Origin: an uncultured Parvularculaceae bacterium
GTDB lineage: Bacteria > Pseudomonadota > Alphaproteobacteria > Caulobacterales > Parvularculaceae
Length of the DNA: 64,000 bases
Direction of reading: 5' to 3'
Assembly: GCA_963922595.1 (NCBI GenBank)
Contig: CAWUIM010000009.1
Location: 5,075 to 69,074 of the forward strand
Numbering within the stretch: position 1 is the first letter of the stretch; each line of letters begins with the position of its first letter. The position numbers and the translations under genes are program-made. Shown here piece after piece: positions 61,654 to 64,000 of this stretch. The notes under the pieces were generated by a model. It searched no databases and was not told the origin of the DNA. It saw nothing but the letters and a program-made list of their open reading frames with translations.

Positions 61654-63867
61654 TTATTGACTGATGTGCAAGTTCACGAGATCGGCGGCGATACTGCCGA
61701 ACGCATCTTCCAATTGATCACCCGACGGCGCCTTGTAATAGTAAGGCTCCGACGGTTCGGTCGCGCACGCCTTGAAGACCTTTTCCGTATTCGTGTCATT
61801 GAGGCCGAAGACGATCGTATAGACAAGAATGCCTTCCTGCTTCATGCGATAACAAATGCGCAGGAGCTTTTCGTCGATCTGATCGGCCATCCGGTCATTA
61901 TCGAAGCCAAAGCCGCCGCGGCTCGGCCGGTCAACGCCTTGCCCCATACGCTCTTCGATAGAATAGCCGTAAGCAGTCATTTTAGAGTCCCAGTGCGTAT
62001 TCTCGTCACCGACGAAGTTCTCACCGTCCGTCATGATGACCACTGCTTTCTGCCACTGATCGTCATCATACGCGATTTCACTGTCGAATGGCGCGCCAGG
62101 CGAAAGCAAGCGCCATCCCCATACAGCGCCATTCGCCGAATTGGTGTTGCCGTACGCCGTCAGGTTATCCATATAGGTCTCGATGTCCGTACGCTGATCA
62201 GTCGTCGATAGGATAGCCGCCGGGCAGTCTCGATTTGGCCCTTTGCCCGTGCTCGTGAACGACGGCGATTGATCATACTTTCCTTCGTATTTTTTGGTCG
62301 CATCATTCCAAATCCCGGGATAGGAATTACGAATGCGATACTCGTCATCACCGTGATCAGTCGCAAGAAAGCGATCTTCATAAAGGTCTTTGACGCTATC
62401 CCAATAGCTATTCAGGTTGGCTTTGCTGTTCCTCGCGGCATAGCGGAAACCAAGCACGACTTCGGCGTAGCGCCTAAAGTCCAATCCTTGATTCCAATGC
62501 GTGTATCGATGATCATCGATAAATCGACGATTTGCATAGGAGCCTTCGTTATTGCCTTGGTCGGGATCGTCAAACATCCATCCGGAGATTTGCAAACTAC
62601 GAGAAACGCCGTTTGTCATCGTGTAGGACGTAGTAACCGAACCGCTCCAGTTACATGCGCTGCTATTGCAATTCGGTTCATCGGGGTGAAACAACGGCAC
62701 CCACCGCGAATTTTCAGCTTTAGCAATTTCACTTGCAGAGAGAGCAAGATTGGGCGCCCGGCTAAACGCTGTTCGGGTTCTATATTGAAATTCCTCTGTC
62801 GAACTTACACTCGCTAAGTCGGCAGGAATCTCAATTGCATCCGTTATGTCGCTTTCCGCCACCGACGATGAAGATGTAGCAACTGGCGGCGTATCCAATT
62901 CGTCAAGCGGATATGGTCGCGCCTCGACGCATCCGCCCCATTCGGCATCCGGTACTGAATTGTAGAGGTCATAGTGGCTGACTTTGCGCTCCACATCGAC
63001 GACACGCGCGATCCCGCGATTTCCGGGATTTTCGAGATTAGTTCGCGAATTCGTATCGACAGGCCCTTCGCCGTCGACATGAAAGAAATGCGCGCCGTGA
63101 TAATAGGCTTCAGCGTTTTTGTCCTCCCAGTCTTCGTCCCAGGTTTCTGCGGCGCCTGGGTTCACATACTGATTGAACGGCACAACGCCAATGCGGATAT
63201 TGTCGGAGCTCTCGGAAGAACCGTACATGACGGCCATGAGTTCATCGACGGCGTCTTTAAGATCTTCAAGCTTGGACTGACTGGACCCGCTCGCGGTGTT
63301 GGTCATGGACCCCGTGGCGTCAAGCACAAGCGCAAGTTCAATGCGGCCGCGGCCAGCCTGGGTAATGGTGACGGTCACATCCATGTCGAGCGCGGCCGTT
63401 TCGGTCGCCGGCGCAGTGGGGTTTAGCAAACGGCGTCCGACCTGCAGCAGTAGCGTTTTCAGTTTTCCGTCTGCGCTTGCGGTAATTTCTTGCGGTGTTA
63501 CCTCAAACTCGACGGCGAGATCTTGCACAGCACCGTCATAAGCGAAATTCTCAAAAAACAGCTTTTCGCCAAACTCTTCCACGAGCGCATTTCGTTCTTC
63601 GCTGTAGAGCTCCAGGCCGTCGATGTCAGGACCGCCAATCTCATTGTAGCGCGCCATCGCCAGAGCCGCTGCGTCGAGGGATTCGGTGATATCGGCCCGG
63701 ATACTGTTGTACCGCGTATAGTCGACCGCGCCGCCCGAGAATAGCATCAGGACAGCCAAAAGGAACGCGAACATGATCGCGATATTGCCGTCTTCGTTGC
63801 TGTTGAACGCGTTTTCAGCGGTGTGCGAACGGAAACGGTCGCATTCTTTTTTCAGTACCTGGAACAT
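61654..63867 (-). CDS. TadG-like pilus-assembly protein with a split vWA domain
   Basis: GNIAIMFAFLLAVLMLFSGGAVDYTR TadG-like N-terminus. vWA MIDAS VLDATGSM ... GNTNSANG ... VIMTDGEN ... VYTIVFG with a very long insertion. I chose the ATG at 63867, after GGAGAGGA. Confidence 0.8.
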   Translation of the reverse strand: MFQVLKKECDRFRSHTAENAFNSNEDGNIAIMFAFLLAVLMLFSGGAVDYTRYNSIRADITESLDAAALAMARYNEIGGPDIDGLELYSEERNALVEEFGEKLFFENFAYDGAVQDLAVEFEVTPQEITASADGKLKTLLLQVGRRLLNPTAPATETAALDMDVTVTITQAGRGRIELALVLDATGSMTNTASGSSQSKLEDLKDAVDELMAVMYGSSESSDNIRIGVVPFNQYVNPGAAETWDEDWEDKNAEAYYHGAHFFHVDGEGPVDTNSRTNLENPGNRGIARVVDVERKVSHYDLYNSVPDAEWGGCVEARPYPLDELDTPPVATSSSSVAESDITDAIEIPADLASVSSTEEFQYRTRTAFSRAPNLALSASEIAKAENSRWVPLFHPDEPNCNSSACNWSGSVTTSYTMTNGVSRSLQISGWMFDDPDQGNNEGSYANRRFIDDHRYTHWNQGLDFRRYAEVVLGFRYAARNSKANLNSYWDSVKDLYEDRFLATDHGDDEYRIRNSYPGIWNDATKKYEGKYDQSPSFTSTGKGPNRDCPAAILSTTDQRTDIETYMDNLTAYGNTNSANGAVWGWRLLSPGAPFDSEIAYDDDQWQKAVVIMTDGENFVGDENTHWDSKMTAYGYSIEERMGQGVDRPSRGGFGFDNDRMADQIDEKLLRICYRMKQEGILVYTIVFGLNDTNTEKVFKACATEPSEPYYYKAPSGDQLEDAFGSIAADLVNLHISQ

Positions 63868-63932
63868 AGCCAACGGTCCTCTCCACAAAGAAGGCGCAAT
63901 CGCCCCTTTGACTGGATAAGCTATGTGACCAG

Positions 63933-63964
63933 AATTAACCGCTTGTAAGGAAAGCTGGTTAATT
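63933..63964. promoter_or_regulatory. inverted repeat AATTAACC-N16-GGTTAATT upstream of the tadG-like operon
   Basis: 8-bp perfect arms (63933-63940 and 63957-63964) with additional imperfect inner pairing. It lies 66-97 nt upstream of the start at 63867 and contains TTAACC half-sites. Confidence 0.3.
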
Positions 63965-64000
63965 TCCTACCAATTTCCGTGTACGATTTTTTCGAAAAAC

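Overview
This is a 64-kb chromosomal segment from a high-GC alphaproteobacterium. The lineage call rests on divK-pleD, clpS-clpA, tpiA/secG/pyrG, dnaG-rpoD and carB-greA; anything finer would be a guess. I support about 60 tightly packed protein-coding genes, mostly core housekeeping: pyrG, secG, tpiA, trpE, an ODC-speH-speE-speB polyamine operon, rpoD, dnaG, carA, carB, greA, rpmG, pleD, divK, dinB, clpA, clpS, acs. I saw no rRNA, tRNA, CRISPR array, transposase, integrase or phage gene. There are four non-core pockets. (1) An AT-rich orphan gene lies at the left edge (57-482). (2) A visibly lower-GC islet at 13.3-16.6 kb holds a K+ channel, a hydrolase, two paralogous His/Cys-rich DUF2946-like small membrane proteins and a Zur-like Fur-family regulator. 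(3) 46.8-49.2 kb holds a DM13 protein and a vWA protein with four 86-aa repeats. (4) 56.4-64 kb holds an exosortase, an AsnB-like amidotransferase, a GT4 and a TadE/TadE/TadG-vWA trio. The observations I rate highest are: a two-hairpin element with long C-rich (anti-Shine-Dalgarno-like) loops and a terminator tail at 47301-47394, which resembles the alpha-r14/cuckoo/CcsR sRNA class; the duplicated DUF2946-like/Fur-family module with GTGATA-type palindromes; and a minimal exosortase locus fused behind acs, whose only visible VPLPA/PEP-CTERM-type substrate sits 53 kb away between pyrG and secG. All family calls come from reading motifs by eye. No search, HMM or GC computation was run. I found no clear-cut novel multi-gene system.
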